64,000 nt of DNA from Octopus vulgaris (lineage: Eukaryota). The first letter of the stretch is position 1. Every line of letters starts with the position of its first letter. Where the stretch lies: NCBI GenBank assembly GCA_951406725.2, contig OX597814.1:23188001-23252000 (forward strand). The letters run 5' to 3'. The position numbers and the translations under genes are program-made. The notes beneath the pieces were generated by a model. That model was not told the DNA's origin. It did no database searches and saw nothing but the letters and a program-made list of their open reading frames with translations. Shown in pieces: positions 14,063 through 26,488 of the stretch.

Positions 14063-14505
14063 GTATCTATGTATGTATGTGTATATACACATACACATAC
14101 ATATATATATATATATATAAATACATACACATATATGTGTATGCATGTGTGTGCATATATACATATATATATGAGTGTGTGTGTATGTGTGTGTGTTGTG
14201 TGTGTGCGTGTACATATATACATACATAGGAGTAAATATATTTTATAAATTTTATTGCATAAAAAATACAAACTTACAAGAATACCATTTTTCAATATTG
14301 TCTCATTCGAAAATGTACTTGGTTAAGCATTTCTCAATTTTTTCAGAAGTAAATAAATAAAACCGTCTGAAACACTAGCTATGTATACAACAATTTTTTT
14401 TCCACTTTTAGATGATCAGGCAAATGTTTACAAACTTTACTCTGACTCTGTGCTAGGTATTTTTTAAAAATATACAAAATATTCCAGTTCATCAGTTTTA
14501 CTTAC

Positions 14506-14625
14506 CCGTTTTTCAGAAACATGCCGATGGTTGTGCATAGCATTTTTGCAAATGTAATTCATTCCCAGACATTTCAAAAGAACACAATATTCTTCAATAC
14601 ATTTCAGATTCAGTACACCTCCAAC
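14506..14625 (-). CDS. Candidate 120-nt coding exon (phase 0-0), unknown protein
   Basis: atgtag|GTTGGA...AAACGG|gtaagt. Only one frame is open: VGGVLNLKCIEEYCVLLKCLGMNYICKNAMHNHRHVSEKR. Weak pyrimidine tract, no recognised homology. Confidence 0.35.
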
Positions 14626-14918
14626 CTACATAAATTATAATGGTTTTCTTTTTAAATGTTCTTATTTGGTGCAACAACACAACTTCAAGTACAAACTTTC
14701 AGTGCACAAACTAATAACTGGTTACACATGATTTCTTGGCCAGCAGGGAATAGAAGTCAAATCACTTTCAATATATGTTTCTAATATGGCCTAAGGTAAA
14801 ATATTCTGACAATATGGCAGGGTTGTGGCTAGAATTTCTTTGATCATTAATCTGCTTGGCTGTTGTAATACAGAGATAAACAAAAGCAATAATGACTTTT
14901 AGTGCCTGTCACATGCAT

Positions 14919-15300
14919 TGGGAAGAACTCTGTCGGTTATGACGACGAGGGTTCCGGTTGATCCGATCAACGGAACAGCCTGCTCGTGAAATTAACGTGT
15001 AAGTGGCTGAGCACTCCACAGACATGTGTACCCTTAACGTAGTTCTCAGGGATATTCAGTGTGACACAGAGAGTGACAAGGCCGGCCCTTTGAAATACAG
15101 GTACAACAGAATCAGGAAGTAAGAGTGAGAGAAAGTTGTGGTGAAAGAGTACAGCAGGGATCACCACCAACCCTGCCGGAGCCTCGTGGAGCTTTAGGTG
15201 TTTTCGCTCAATAAACACTCACAACGCCCGGTCTGGGAATTGAAACCGCGATCCTACGACCGTGAGTCCGCTGCCCTAACCACTGGGCCATTGCGCCTCC
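14919..15300 (-). mobile_element. tRNA-derived SINE family C, full length with TSD
   Basis: Head ggaggcgcaatggcccagtggttagggcagcggactc..ggtttcaattccc with A/B boxes. TSD tgtcacatgcat at 14907-14918 and 15301-15312. Confidence 0.9.
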
Positions 15301-16094
15301 TGTCACATGCATACACATTTGTAATAAAACATGTTTAAAATCTGTGTTGTAACTAGATGTGTATCACCTGGGCAACCCAAGTTTTCCACCCAATACAGTC
15401 TATGCAGGCATATACAGTAAACCCAAAAGGGCCAGCTCCAGCTTCTCTACAAAATCTGTGATGTTATATAAAACTGTAGCTCAGAGATGACTGTAAATGA
15501 TATTGACTACTGAAACATTTATATAACTATACACAGAGTATATTATTTAAATGTACGGACCTTAGGTCAGCATGAAAGTAGAGTCAGTTACTCAATAACT
15601 TCAGGTCACTAGCTATGGCTGTAGTAACCATCAACAAGGCTAGAATTTCCAAGATGCACATGCATGCACACAATTTAACTACTACATGGTATACACATCT
15701 TGTGGTTGGCCGCAATCTGGTAGTTGGGAAGCTAGTTTGCTTCATAAAATGCTAGAACCTGAGATATGGTTCAGTGTTCTGAATCCTAGCAGCAACAAAG
15801 GTGCCTTAATAAAAGTGTATTGCAGATATTCTGATCAAACAGTCCTCATGTTTGATATTTATCTTCCCAATATTCATCTGGTAATATCTTGAGGAAAACA
15901 TTGATTTTGAGTTACCTTTATCATATCTTCATCTCTTGTTTCTTCTGTAATCATTGGAGCCATGTGTAGTTGCAGCAAATTAAAGAAATCATCATCATCA
16001 TCATCATCGTCATCATCATTGTTGTCGTCATTGTCCTTGTTGGCATCATCATCATCATCATTATCATAATTATTATTATTATCTCTTTATCACA

Positions 16095-16369
16095 GGTTTT
16101 ATTGAAGGTCTTGCATGCCTAGTCGGATGACTACCTGCAGCTTATGGTACCATGCTATTTGTTCTTTTCAGCTATATAATACTTTCCTAGTTACTCTGGC
16201 CATGCCAAGGAGGAAACCTTTTCTAACAGTTCTACTGGGCACTCTATTCCAATTTCCTTTATGTTCTTCTTGATGCTTTCTAATACTGTACCCAAGGACC
16301 CAACAATAACTGAGCCCTTCATCTTCTTTATTTTCCATAGCCAGGCTATTTTGTACTTAAGAGGGTTTG

Positions 16370-16443
<74 letters not shown>

Positions 16444-16800
16444 CCTTTTTGTCTTCGTTCTTGACTATTCGTGGGTCAAAGGGGTATACAACGTTAACTA
16501 TATAGCATATGTAGTGAACCTTGTCCACCACCACAAGGTCCGGTCTGTTATGCTGTAGTACCTGATCTGTTTGGATTAGGAAATCCCAGAGGATTTTGCT
16601 AGTCTCAGACTCTGCCACTCTCTGCGGCCTGTACTCATACCACATCTTGCCTCTTTGACCCCCACTTTTCACACTACAATTACCTGGTCATGTCACCACA
16701 ACTTGTAGTGGTTTTTGGGTGAGTCTAGGACATTCATTCATGATATGGGCAATGGTTTCGTCCACTCTATTGTAGATGCTACATGGTGGAGACACTTGCT
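16095..16800 (-). mobile_element. R4/Dong-like LINE 3' fragment (same family as 9905-10711)
   Basis: WYEYRPQRVAESETSKILWDFLIQTDQVLQHNRPDLVVVDK. Colinear with 9905-10575. (TATC)n expansion at 16369-16444. Confidence 0.85.
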
Positions 16801-16829
16801 ATTATCATTATTATTATTATTATTATTAT

Positions 16830-17160
16830 TCAGTAGTATATTTTTTATATCGTGCTTTCACTTCACTACCAAGCGCAGCTCTGTGTGCCTCGGGTATGTG
16901 CTGTGATTTGTTGTGATGCTCTGATGGTTATTGTATGGAAAGTGTTCTGCGTAGGATGTGTGCAGTGCCTAGTAGTGCAATTTTCTGTATGTTATATGTG
17001 TTTGTAAGTCCTGGTGTTTTTGCTATGTATTTGTCTGAATATTTTTTTATCATACCTAATACACCTATTATGATAGGAATTGTTTCTGCTTTTAGATTCC
17101 ACATTCTGATTACCCCTATTTCCAGGTCTTTGTATTTTGAAAGTTTCTCCATTTCTTTTA
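16830..17160 (-). mobile_element. R4/Dong-like LINE 3' end (second family)
   Basis: EKLSKYKDLEI..RMWNLKAETIPIIIGVLG..IQKIALLGTAHILRRTLSIQ* plus a ~100-nt UTR. (TAA)n on both sides. Confidence 0.85.
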
Positions 17161-17207
17161 TTATCATTATTATTATTATTAATATTATTATTATTATTAT
17201 TATTATT

Positions 17208-17762
17208 GAGTGAGCAAGCAGAGCATGCCATCAAAGTGACACTGGGGTAAAATATACGAAGCCCAGTATACTCATCATGACTACCGGTCTGATAAGGGTA
17301 CACCAGGCACATCCATCACAACCATATGTGCGCGACATGATGATCTCATATCAAGATAAACAGCACATGATCTTGCAGGTGGAGCCCAGTGAGAATTTTC
17401 TTCAGATCGAGTAACCCATCCCGCTCAAAAGGTCCCTGAATAAGGGTTGTTTAAGGACGTTGAACGAAACACCCATGTTTCCAGAGGTGAATTATTCAAA
17501 ACCCCAAAGAATCCTTCTCAACACATGGCTATGATGCTCCCCCACTACTTCTGCTCGTGATCAGAGATGCACATATCGTCAGCCACTAAGGGATATGCTC
17601 AACTGGTTAAGGTCAAACAACTGACAAGCAAATCTGTGGTATTGAGCAGAATATTTGCTGTAGCCCATCTTTTATACCAAGACAAAACAATGTACATGAT
17701 AACACTTCCAATCAGTTAAGATCAGAAGCCATGAGAGCCACTACCTGGTACTGCATCAGGGC

Positions 17763-17763
<1 letters not shown>
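17208..17763. mobile_element. ~555-bp non-coding element inserted in (TAA)n
   Basis: Higher-GC block bounded on both sides by (TTA)n. No recognisable ORF. Confidence 0.6.
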
Positions 17764-17826
<63 letters not shown>

Positions 17827-17827
17827 T

Positions 17828-18190
17828 TGTCTCAGGTTCAGTGTTATTCCTGGTAGGGATTATGTGGATAGCAGGTTACTACTTGTAACCTTAGGTATCC
17901 AAAAGTTTTCAGCAGTCTTTCAAGTGCTTAGCACCATCCTGATAATCCTTGCTGTCCCTAAGAGACAAACTTTCTGTAAGAGCTCTACTGGGCATTCTAT
18001 TTCAATTTCCCTCAACCATTTGTTTATATCTTGGCTTACTGATCCCAGTGCACCAATTATTATAGGTACGACCTTTACTGTTTACATGCTCCAAGTTCTT
18101 TCTATTTCAAAGTTTAGGGGAATGTATTTTTTTTGTCTTTTATTTTTCCTCTTTCTTTACGATCTAAATGGGCATGATGGATCGATAAGT
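17828..18190 (-). mobile_element. R4/Dong-like LINE 3' end (third family)
   Basis: KVVPIIIGALGSV..LQKVCLLGTARIIRMVLST*. The 3' end abuts (TAA)n. Confidence 0.8.
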
Positions 18191-20164
18191 AAGCAACTTC
18201 ACAGCATAAAACAGTCTATTAATCTCATGGTCATGGAATAAGTGAAAACTTAAGTTCATGTTTTACAACTTCCACTTAATGTCTGTTCTACACTTCACCT
18301 TATTTTAACTTTCAGGGTCATTCTGTTGTAAAACAATCTTTAATTAAAGGACAAAAGTTACTTATGATTACTTTTTTAATCTTTGAAATAGTAAAATTTA
18401 ATCTAAATAGTACATTATCTTCTACTCACTTATAAAGTAAATATTTTATTTTGGTGAATGTGAAAAGGACATCACTTCTTTGATCTTTAATGTTAGTATT
18501 TTCAGGTAAAAGGCAAATAAAAATTGCTTCAAGTCCTAACGACACACATGTGCATGTGTAATTAATTTTAATATATTGGATTAAAATTTAATGCTTTTCT
18601 AACACAATTTAAAATTCTTGAGTGCTTTAATTACACAATAAAACAGAAATTGTGTTGGGAAAGAAGCCAACATGCAGAATAAAACATTAGCTTCTTCAAA
18701 ATAATCAAATGTGACATTCAATACTAAGCGGTTTTCATTGGGCTATAATTAGATTTTCACTATCATTAATCTAATTCATGCAAATCATCTAACAGTAACA
18801 AGAAATGTTTTGAAGATCAAGTTACTGTTTTACACATCAGCAAGGGTTTAATCAATAAATGAGTTCATTTTCTTGGTGTCAAAGTGTTAAAAAATTGTAT
18901 TAAAAATCAGTGAAGGATTTATAACTTTTTTTTAAAAATCCAAATTATCCTTTATTCAGATGACAGAGTTTGTTCTTAGTCAAAGCCCAAACTTATCAAT
19001 CTAATACTATCAAACATCATAAGGTCTCTTGTATGCAATATAATGAGCTGAAAAACTTGAATCAACTGATAACATCTAAGTAATTAGTAGACATTGCTCC
19101 CTCTAGTAGTGTTTAAATCTTGAAAACATCAAGAAAGAATGATAACTCCAATAGGACCAGTAGATCACATTTTTTTGGACAATATAGACAATACAGACTG
19201 TAGTACATTTATATCTAATGGCAACAAGTAAAAGCAACAACGTAGATTAGAATTTAGTGATGTATATTCAACTGAATTAGAAAATGATCAATATACACGT
19301 AGCTCTATGTAACAGAACCATTGTGTAAAAGAAAATCTTGCCATTATATTGTACTCTGTAAAGTGAAGTCAAATTTTATATTGAGGTCCGTTTATTTTAT
19401 ATATTATGTGAAATAGAAACCAATGGAAAAATAGGATTTGTATTATGGAATTCCATGTGAATGCAACATTTTCAGGATTGCAATTCTTTTGTAACACACA
19501 GTATAAAGAAATGTAGTGAAGCTGGTTATGAATATCAATAAGAAAACTGAAGGAAAATACTGCAGGATACTCCACATGAAACTTGTACCTACACTTTTCT
19601 ATATATTGAGTATGGCTATTTTCCTGATGGTACCTAATGTGGCAACAAATAGTTGTTCCCCCAGAGTAAATGGTAGTTTATGTGACACTTGAATATGAAG
19701 ATCAATGCTCATTGAGACTAGGGTCTTGAATGCAGAAGCTTCTAGTTAGAAATGAAGCAAGCATACTCTGCTGGTTATTCATGTACATGTATGACAGAGT
19801 ATAACAATTCTGAGAGAAAAACTGAACATAAAACAAAGCAGATGTAATGAGCAAGACAGAAGACTACATTGTTATGGGCAAGTAAAGTGAGTATAGGAGG
19901 ACAGTCATTTAAAGAACTTATGGAAGAAGACTTATCCACTTGCACAGTCATGAGGAAACAAACATTAAAATTGCTAGTGATGGAGTCTTGAAGGTATAAA
20001 AATATATCTATACATATACAAACTTGTTACCAGTTCAAATTTGCTTGGGGCATATTTGAACCCATAAGAAAGTTATTCACTATATTTTGCCATGGAGACA
20101 ATTTTACACAATAGACAAATAGGTGTAAGCACACAAAGTCATTTCAAAGTGCCCTTACAGCCAG

Positions 20165-20214
20165 CCTGAAGACTACATACATTTTGGAGTAGTTATCTCC
20201 TCTTCAGCATCGGA
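20165..20214 (-). ncRNA. Degenerate type I hammerhead ribozyme
   Basis: Minus strand tccgatg CTGAAGA ggag ataacta ctcc aAAA tgtatgta GTC ttcagg. GAAA is mutated to AAAA. Confidence 0.6.
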
Positions 20215-20474
20215 TGCTAGAAAGGGGAATGCTACAAACTGACAAGGAATGGATATCTCTTATTATAGTTCCATCATCATACTGTTGCTGGTTGAGCTAA
20301 TCAGTTGCTCACTATAAATAAAATATGAAATAGAAGTACTAAGCAGTGATGTGTGTAAATACAAACTTGTTGCCATTACAAATATGCTTGGGGCATATTC
20401 AAACCCACAAGAAAGTCATTTACTGTATTTTGTAATGGAGGAAATTTCTTGTAGACAAGCACCCTCTAACCCGA

Positions 20475-20522
20475 CTGATGGACGCATGCAGTTTGAAGTA
20501 GTTGTCCCTCTTCATCATCAGA
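20475..20522 (-). ncRNA. Degenerate type I hammerhead ribozyme
   Basis: Minus strand tctgatg aTGAAGA gggacaactacttc aaac tgcatgc GTC catcag. Stem I ctgatg/catcag and the GUC site are retained. Confidence 0.5.
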
Positions 20523-20693
20523 TTTCAGGAAGGGGCTCACTACAAACTGATAATAGGTGGACATTTTTATAATTTATCATTCTATTCTATATTTTATGGC
20601 TAGCCACTGATTAGCACAACCAGTGACATTATGATGAGAGAAATTTAAGAGATATTCATCTCTTGTCAGTTTGTAGCATTTTACTGTCTGATA

Positions 20694-20743
20694 TCTGATG
20701 CTGAAGAGGAGATAACCACTCCAAAATGTATGCATTCATCAGA
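20694..20743 (+). ncRNA. Degenerate type I hammerhead ribozyme
   Basis: tctgatg CTGAAGA ggag ataacca ctcc aAAA tgtatgca tt catcaga. Perfect 7-bp stem I and 4-bp stem II. Confidence 0.65.
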
Positions 20744-21313
20744 CTGGCTACAGGGTGCTTTGAACAGATTTCAAGTGTTTACACCTACTTGTCTACAGCA
20801 ATAAATTTTTTCCATGACAAAATACAGTTACATACATACATACATATAGACTAAAGACTGAAACCTGAAACAGAATGCTTAGTAGGTTTTTTTCTATACT
20901 AATCAAAGATGTGTGCAGATGTGTGAATGCTGATATTGCACAATTTTGCTAGTCACTAGTACACATAGAATTATTCAAAATACAAGCAATCAACTCATTT
21001 TCTTGTTTATCACTGATACAACTGACCCTGTTTCAGTCTCTGAATTTTGTAACACAGTTATTTTCATTTAAACACACTCGCTGCATTGATCTTTCTCAAA
21101 AAAAAAAAAAGAAAACTGTATGCATCAGGAACTAGTTTCCTACACATGTATACCTTCAATTACCAAACTTACTTAGCAGTCCTTGTCACCTAGTTAAAGA
21201 AGGCTTAACATGAATATCTTACTCATAATTAAATAATTTTCAAATATCTATTATTAAAGGCATCATAGGTACCTCTATATGCCTTTTATGGTAATTCATT
21301 TCTCTTTTTGCAG

Positions 21314-21358
21314 TTTCCAAAACCCGAAAGAAAAAAGTTATCCCAACATAACTACATT
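21314..21358 (+). CDS. Candidate 45-nt micro-exon
   Basis: tttctctttttgcag|TTTCCA...TACATT|gtaagc. Open as FPKPERKKLSQHNYI or FQNPKEKSYPNITT. Confidence 0.25.
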
Positions 21359-21639
21359 GTAAGCTTCAAATGAATTAAAAAATTATTAGGGAGAAAATAA
21401 TAAATAAATATTTTTATTTCTCAGAAAAAAAAAATGAGCAAAAATGAATCCAAATGCCCAGTTTTCAGAGATGTGATATAAGTTAATAATTACATTAAAA
21501 TGCTTTCACACTCAAATCGTTTTTTCTACGTGTAAGTCATGACATCTTTACACTAATTCACAAAATATGACTGAAAAAGGAAAAAAAAAACCTCTTTTAT
21601 ACTTGCGAAATGTTCTTTCTACTACTTCTCTCCTTTTCT

Positions 21640-22500
21640 CTTGCTTCTTCTGGTCTGATATCATTTCTTATTCTCTCCCATCTATAGGCAATGTTGATGC
21701 TAAGTCTCATTAAATTAATTGTTTTCAGTCGGTTGGACTAGACTTTTTCTGAATGTGATGTATCTATGAATGCTGATCAGCACATTTTCCCTGGTAAGGA
21801 TCTTCTATTGTAAGTTATCCTTTGCTTGGGGCTGTGATTTCCTGCCAATATATGTGTTTGCTTGTATCACCTCATTATTCCTTTTTCTTAGGCATTTTTC
21901 CCTTCACCAACTTTTTTTTTTACCTTTTCTGTTCATCTTTTCATTTTCTTAAGGGCTTTGACTATTTCTTAAGATATCTATCATTTCTATTTGGAATTTT
22001 TTTTTCTTTTACTGCATCTGACTCTCAAAAAGAAAGTCCCTTAATTTATTTTCTTCATTCATAATATACTTTATCTGTTACCAGGACAATGCTGAACTCT
22101 CTTGTTTTGAATACATTTCCGTTTTCTGATCTACAGCTTCCAGTCATTTGAATGCACTTCTAGTTTTTACATATATTGGAGAGTTTCCCTCCTTTTGTAA
22201 CTAGTTCTTTTGTTGGAAGCGACATCTAAACTGAATTTCTATTGGTTAAATAAGATATTTCATCCTGTGTTGGAGACATTCTTTTTTTATTTATTAATCT
22301 AACATACACATGCTTTCCAAATTTACTTACTTAGCATTCCACTTCTTTGTCACTGATGCTAACTTTTTTGCCACTTACTCATTACACACCATTATAGTTT
22401 TTCATTTGCAATTTACATGTGTCCATATAGTTACCACTGTTTCTCATAACTTATGTCTGGATGGATGGGGTACACCAGAATACTATCTCATGGGTGTTCA
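21640..22500 (-). mobile_element. Possible decayed LINE endonuclease region
   Basis: Purine-skewed minus strand. A frameshifted RSLPG/KCADQH resembles the AP-endonuclease end motif (PG.DC.SDH). Confidence 0.3.
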
Positions 22501-23781
22501 TCTCTATAGAAAACTTTTGTTGCCTTCACATTCGACAGTTAGCTAAGTAAATATTAGATACCAAAACTAAGTTACTCATGATAGTTAAATGGCTTTGTTA
22601 GGAGGAAATATGCACTTCATCTGCTTAGCAGGATGTAATCTCATATTAAAGACTATCACTATGCTTTCTTACAATTAGATGAAGATTACTATTTCAATTC
22701 ATAAAGGTGTCACCATAACCAAACCACTTTTTTTATTATCTATAGAACTACTTTCATATATATGAGATAGATGTTGTTTAATTCCAAGTCAACCCTGAAA
22801 CCCTGATCACCCAGACTTATCAAAAAAAGAAGATTTAAGCCATGACTTTCCAGCCTTTTCTTTAGAGGTAATCTGCTTTAGCATACATTATCCAATTTGA
22901 TGAATTTTAGGAAGGCAGGGCATGGTTTAAGATATATTTGGCTGTTCTTTCTAGCAAGTGAAACAATCACAGAATGCCTCTGGGACTGATTTAATGCCAA
23001 TGAAGAGTTGAAACCAGTCAAATGACAGGAAGATATTAGCATGAAGTGCAAGGAAAACGTAGTTGTATGCATGTTATTTTAGAATGACCAGTTAGAAAGC
23101 TCTTATGATGGTAATTGTCAGAAACAGGGAGTTGGGTGCTTTAAGTTTAAGATATTGCCAGATTTTTTCAGATAAGCAGAAGCTATGATTTCTATTGTAT
23201 GTATGAAGCTTCAAATTTAAGAAAGGTTATAGTTGATTGTGTAACAAACTAGTCCTCATTTTATTGATCCAGCGAGGGTAAAAACAACATTGGCTTTGGT
23301 GGGATTTGAAACCAGATAACTCAGAGCTTTTTGTTCTTTGCTCTACCAATTCTGCCAATCAAGAAAGTATAATATTACAGGTAAAAAAACAACAACATAG
23401 AAAAACTACTCAGCATACTAGTTCAACAGCTTTCTAGATTTAGTGAAATACAAATGTAAGAAAAGTATTTATCAGCAGATTAAAGTCAGGTCTTTATATA
23501 GACATAATTAGATTAAAGAAATCACATTTGATATTATCAAGTACTAATTTGAGCTGGGAAAGGAACCAGCCCACTGACAGGACCTGTCTCTCTTTTATGA
23601 TTTATCATAATTTTCTTCTTCTTCTTCACCACCACTAAAATTTTTAATGTTAAGTGATATTTGAAATTATAAGAGCCAATGTACTACATGACCAGTTAGT
23701 TCTTTCACATATTTGTATTATGTATTAACACTTTTTTCTTCTCTTGTGTTATTCTGCTCCACCAAATAATAATGAAAATTC

Positions 23782-24710
23782 GGTGGCCATAGTTACAAAT
23801 GTATGTGATTGGTTCTTTTCTTTTTTATCAGTCAATTAGGCTGCCTTTTTTTTTTTTTATGTAAGTTGCTATGTTAATGGATCACTCCAACTGAAAGAGT
23901 TTTAACCGACAAGTGCTCACTGTTTCCAGCGATATTATTTTGGTACTGAAAGTTGCACAGAGAGGAAAAGATGACTACTGAGCCATTTTGAGATCATAAA
24001 AACACAGATATTTAAGTTAATGAACTAGAGTTGCCATGTTGTTGGTCTAAGAATGACACTGTTATATTTCCCATTTACAGGATGGAGGTCATACAGTCTT
24101 ACTGGTAATTCTACAATCAGATCACAGCAGACTATCATTAACCAGTATAGTTCAGAACTTGTGTTATTTCAATTGCTAGTTGCTGTCTTTGGGTTGGTAA
24201 ATAACATTGAATATCATAAAAATGAACTGATAATGGCAACAGCCAGCACATATCTAATTATCAACTCCAGTGTAGATAATTGTCACAACTACATCTTCTT
24301 CTCTCTACTATAGGCACTAGGCATTAAATTTGGGGGAGGGGGCCAGCCAATGACCACTTCCTCTGCTCAACTGGTACTTATTTTATTGACCTCAAAAGAG
24401 ATGAATGATAAAGTTAGCTTTGGTAGAATGTGAACTCAGAACTTAAAGCTAAAACGAATGCCACCAAGTGCTTTTGTCCAAAGCAATAATGATTCTGCCA
24501 GCTTACAGATTCCTTCACAGATTCTTTTCTTGTGAAATGCAACAAGAAATTCATGAAGTGACTTGACAAAGAATGTGGTGGCCATAGTTACAAATGAATG
24601 TGATTGGTTTTTTTCTTTTTTATCAGTCAATTAGTCTGCCTTTTTTTGATGTAAGTTGCTATATAAATGGATCACTCCAACTGAAAGAGTTTTAACCAAC
24701 AAGTGCTCAC
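23782..24710 (+). repeat. Pair of ~135-bp direct repeats (23782-23920; 24577-24710)
   Basis: ggtggccatagttacaaatg..tatcagtcaattag..ggatcactccaactgaaagagttttaacc.acaagtgctcac occurs twice with few differences. Confidence 0.9.
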
Positions 24711-26289
24711 AGGTCATTCCAGTTCTTGATATAAAAACATTTCAATTTTTATTCTTTTCACACTAATCTACTTTCATGTTTCTGTGTATAATATTGGAAT
24801 TAGAATTTTAAAAATAATTTTGCACTTAATTTCTGCTGTACCATCACAACAATTTTGCTTCATCTGATTTTGTCATTTACTTGTTTAGCATAGTTATATT
24901 ATATAAAAATGTAAGCAAACCATTCAATGAATGACCTTCTCATGGGTTTTATAATGATGTATTTCACACACACTTATTTAAAGTTTTTTAAAAGCAAAAG
25001 TTTATTTTGTGTTTTGTTATATTATGCATGGCAATGTAATATTTTCATTTTGTGTTATAATGTGTTATAAACCTTTTAGCTTTATTTGAAATTACCTGAT
25101 TCTTGTCTGAAGCCTTATTAAGTCTGAAATCTCTCCTATTAAATATTTTTAGCGACTGGAATCTATTGAGACTTGTTATGACTGGTTCATAGAATTTACA
25201 GTTCCAGTCAGATGTAATTATTACCATGAATAAAACATATTTCAATTACATTTATGTTTTGGAGATAATATTTGCATTTCTACAATGGAACCAATAATGA
25301 TTGAGTCAGACTTCTCTAAGCAGGCTTCTTTCACAGCCAACACCATTACTCCCCAGCCATTTAAAATTCCACAAGTATATTTGATTATTTCCAGCTGTTT
25401 TGATGTTCGAAAATAGATTTGAATGATACTGTCATTTTATGTTTAGTAAAAATACAAGCATCTAGACATATTCTTTTTAACATAATTTCAACATAATAAT
25501 TTATTATCAAAGCATCTATACATTTCTGTCATATTTTACATAGTTTAAATCATTACTTACAATCCACTCAATTTTCTTATATTTTTTGAGACAAGCCAAG
25601 TAAGCAGAAGATTCAGACGAATGAAGTTAATTGAAATACTTTAGCAGCATTCTTTAATTGGATTTTAGTTTCACACCCCACACCTTTAATTTCTCATCCT
25701 CAACTTATCTGATTTTAGTATACACCAGGGTTGGTCAGAGATGCTTAGCTGAAGTCATATATGATTGAAAAATGTATTTTACTTACTTGGCAGCATGTGG
25801 ACAAATTAATATTTTAATCAGCTTAATTATCTTAAGTGCAAATTGAAAGAAGAGAAAGAAGAAAATTGAAGACACTTTAATGTTGGTTAATTAATTATGA
25901 GGCTTTTATTTCAAATAAAAAATATAACAAAATTAATACTGAAAATATGTTGTCCAAAAACTTATATTTCTGACATGAAGTATATTTAAGTAGCTGCTAA
26001 ATCAAATAATAAATCTTACAATTTTTCTAATCAATCAAAATTATTCAACAATTTCCTCTTCTCATTATATTTGTCTGCCACAATGCATCTTAATATCACG
26101 TAGTTATTGAATTTTAAATGTTCTTAGAGGAAATGTTTGTCATTTCAGCAACAGTAATATCTACACTTCCTCAATAAACCATTATACATCAAATGATCAG
26201 GTCATGTTCAAACTTCTACTTGGTAAGTTCAATTTTCATTAATCATCTATACTTTCTCACCATCATTTTTATTATCAGCATAAGCGTAG

Positions 26290-26413
26290 AAGTAGCTTGC
26301 TTATGAACCACATGGTTCCGGGCTCAGTTCCACTGCATGGCATCTTCGGCAAGTGTCTTCTACTATAGCCTCGGGCCAACCAGGTAGACAGAAACTAAAA
26401 GAAGCCTGTCGTA

Positions 26414-26488
<75 letters not shown>

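Larger units (their letters stand above)
20019..20829. mobile_element. Penelope-like pLTR / retrozyme-like repeat: two tandem units plus one inverted unit
   Basis: caaacttgtt..tgcttggggcatatt recurs at 20019 and 20362 (period 343). 20580-20829 is the reverse complement of about 20079-20336. Each unit carries a hammerhead motif. Confidence 0.75.

Noticed and set aside
13868-14295. YI/HT/CV-rich ORFs here and at 5.3-6.5, 35.8-37.9, 43.6-44.1, 46.4-46.8, 48.1, 50.9, 55.1 and 60.4 kb
   Set aside because: Translations of dinucleotide and tetranucleotide repeats.
15225-15300. tRNA gene
   Set aside because: The tRNA-like head continues into a SINE body with a TSD. The same applies to the other A/B-box heads.
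17741-17760. Resemblance to the U2 snRNA 3' stem (acctggta.tgca)
   Set aside because: Only ~13 nt, and no other U2 features.
19369-19810. Hydrophobic minus-strand ORF / possible terminal exon
   Set aside because: Frames are interrupted and no homology is recognisable. A faint piggyBac-like motif (TLGEQLF, TQY) is too weak to call.
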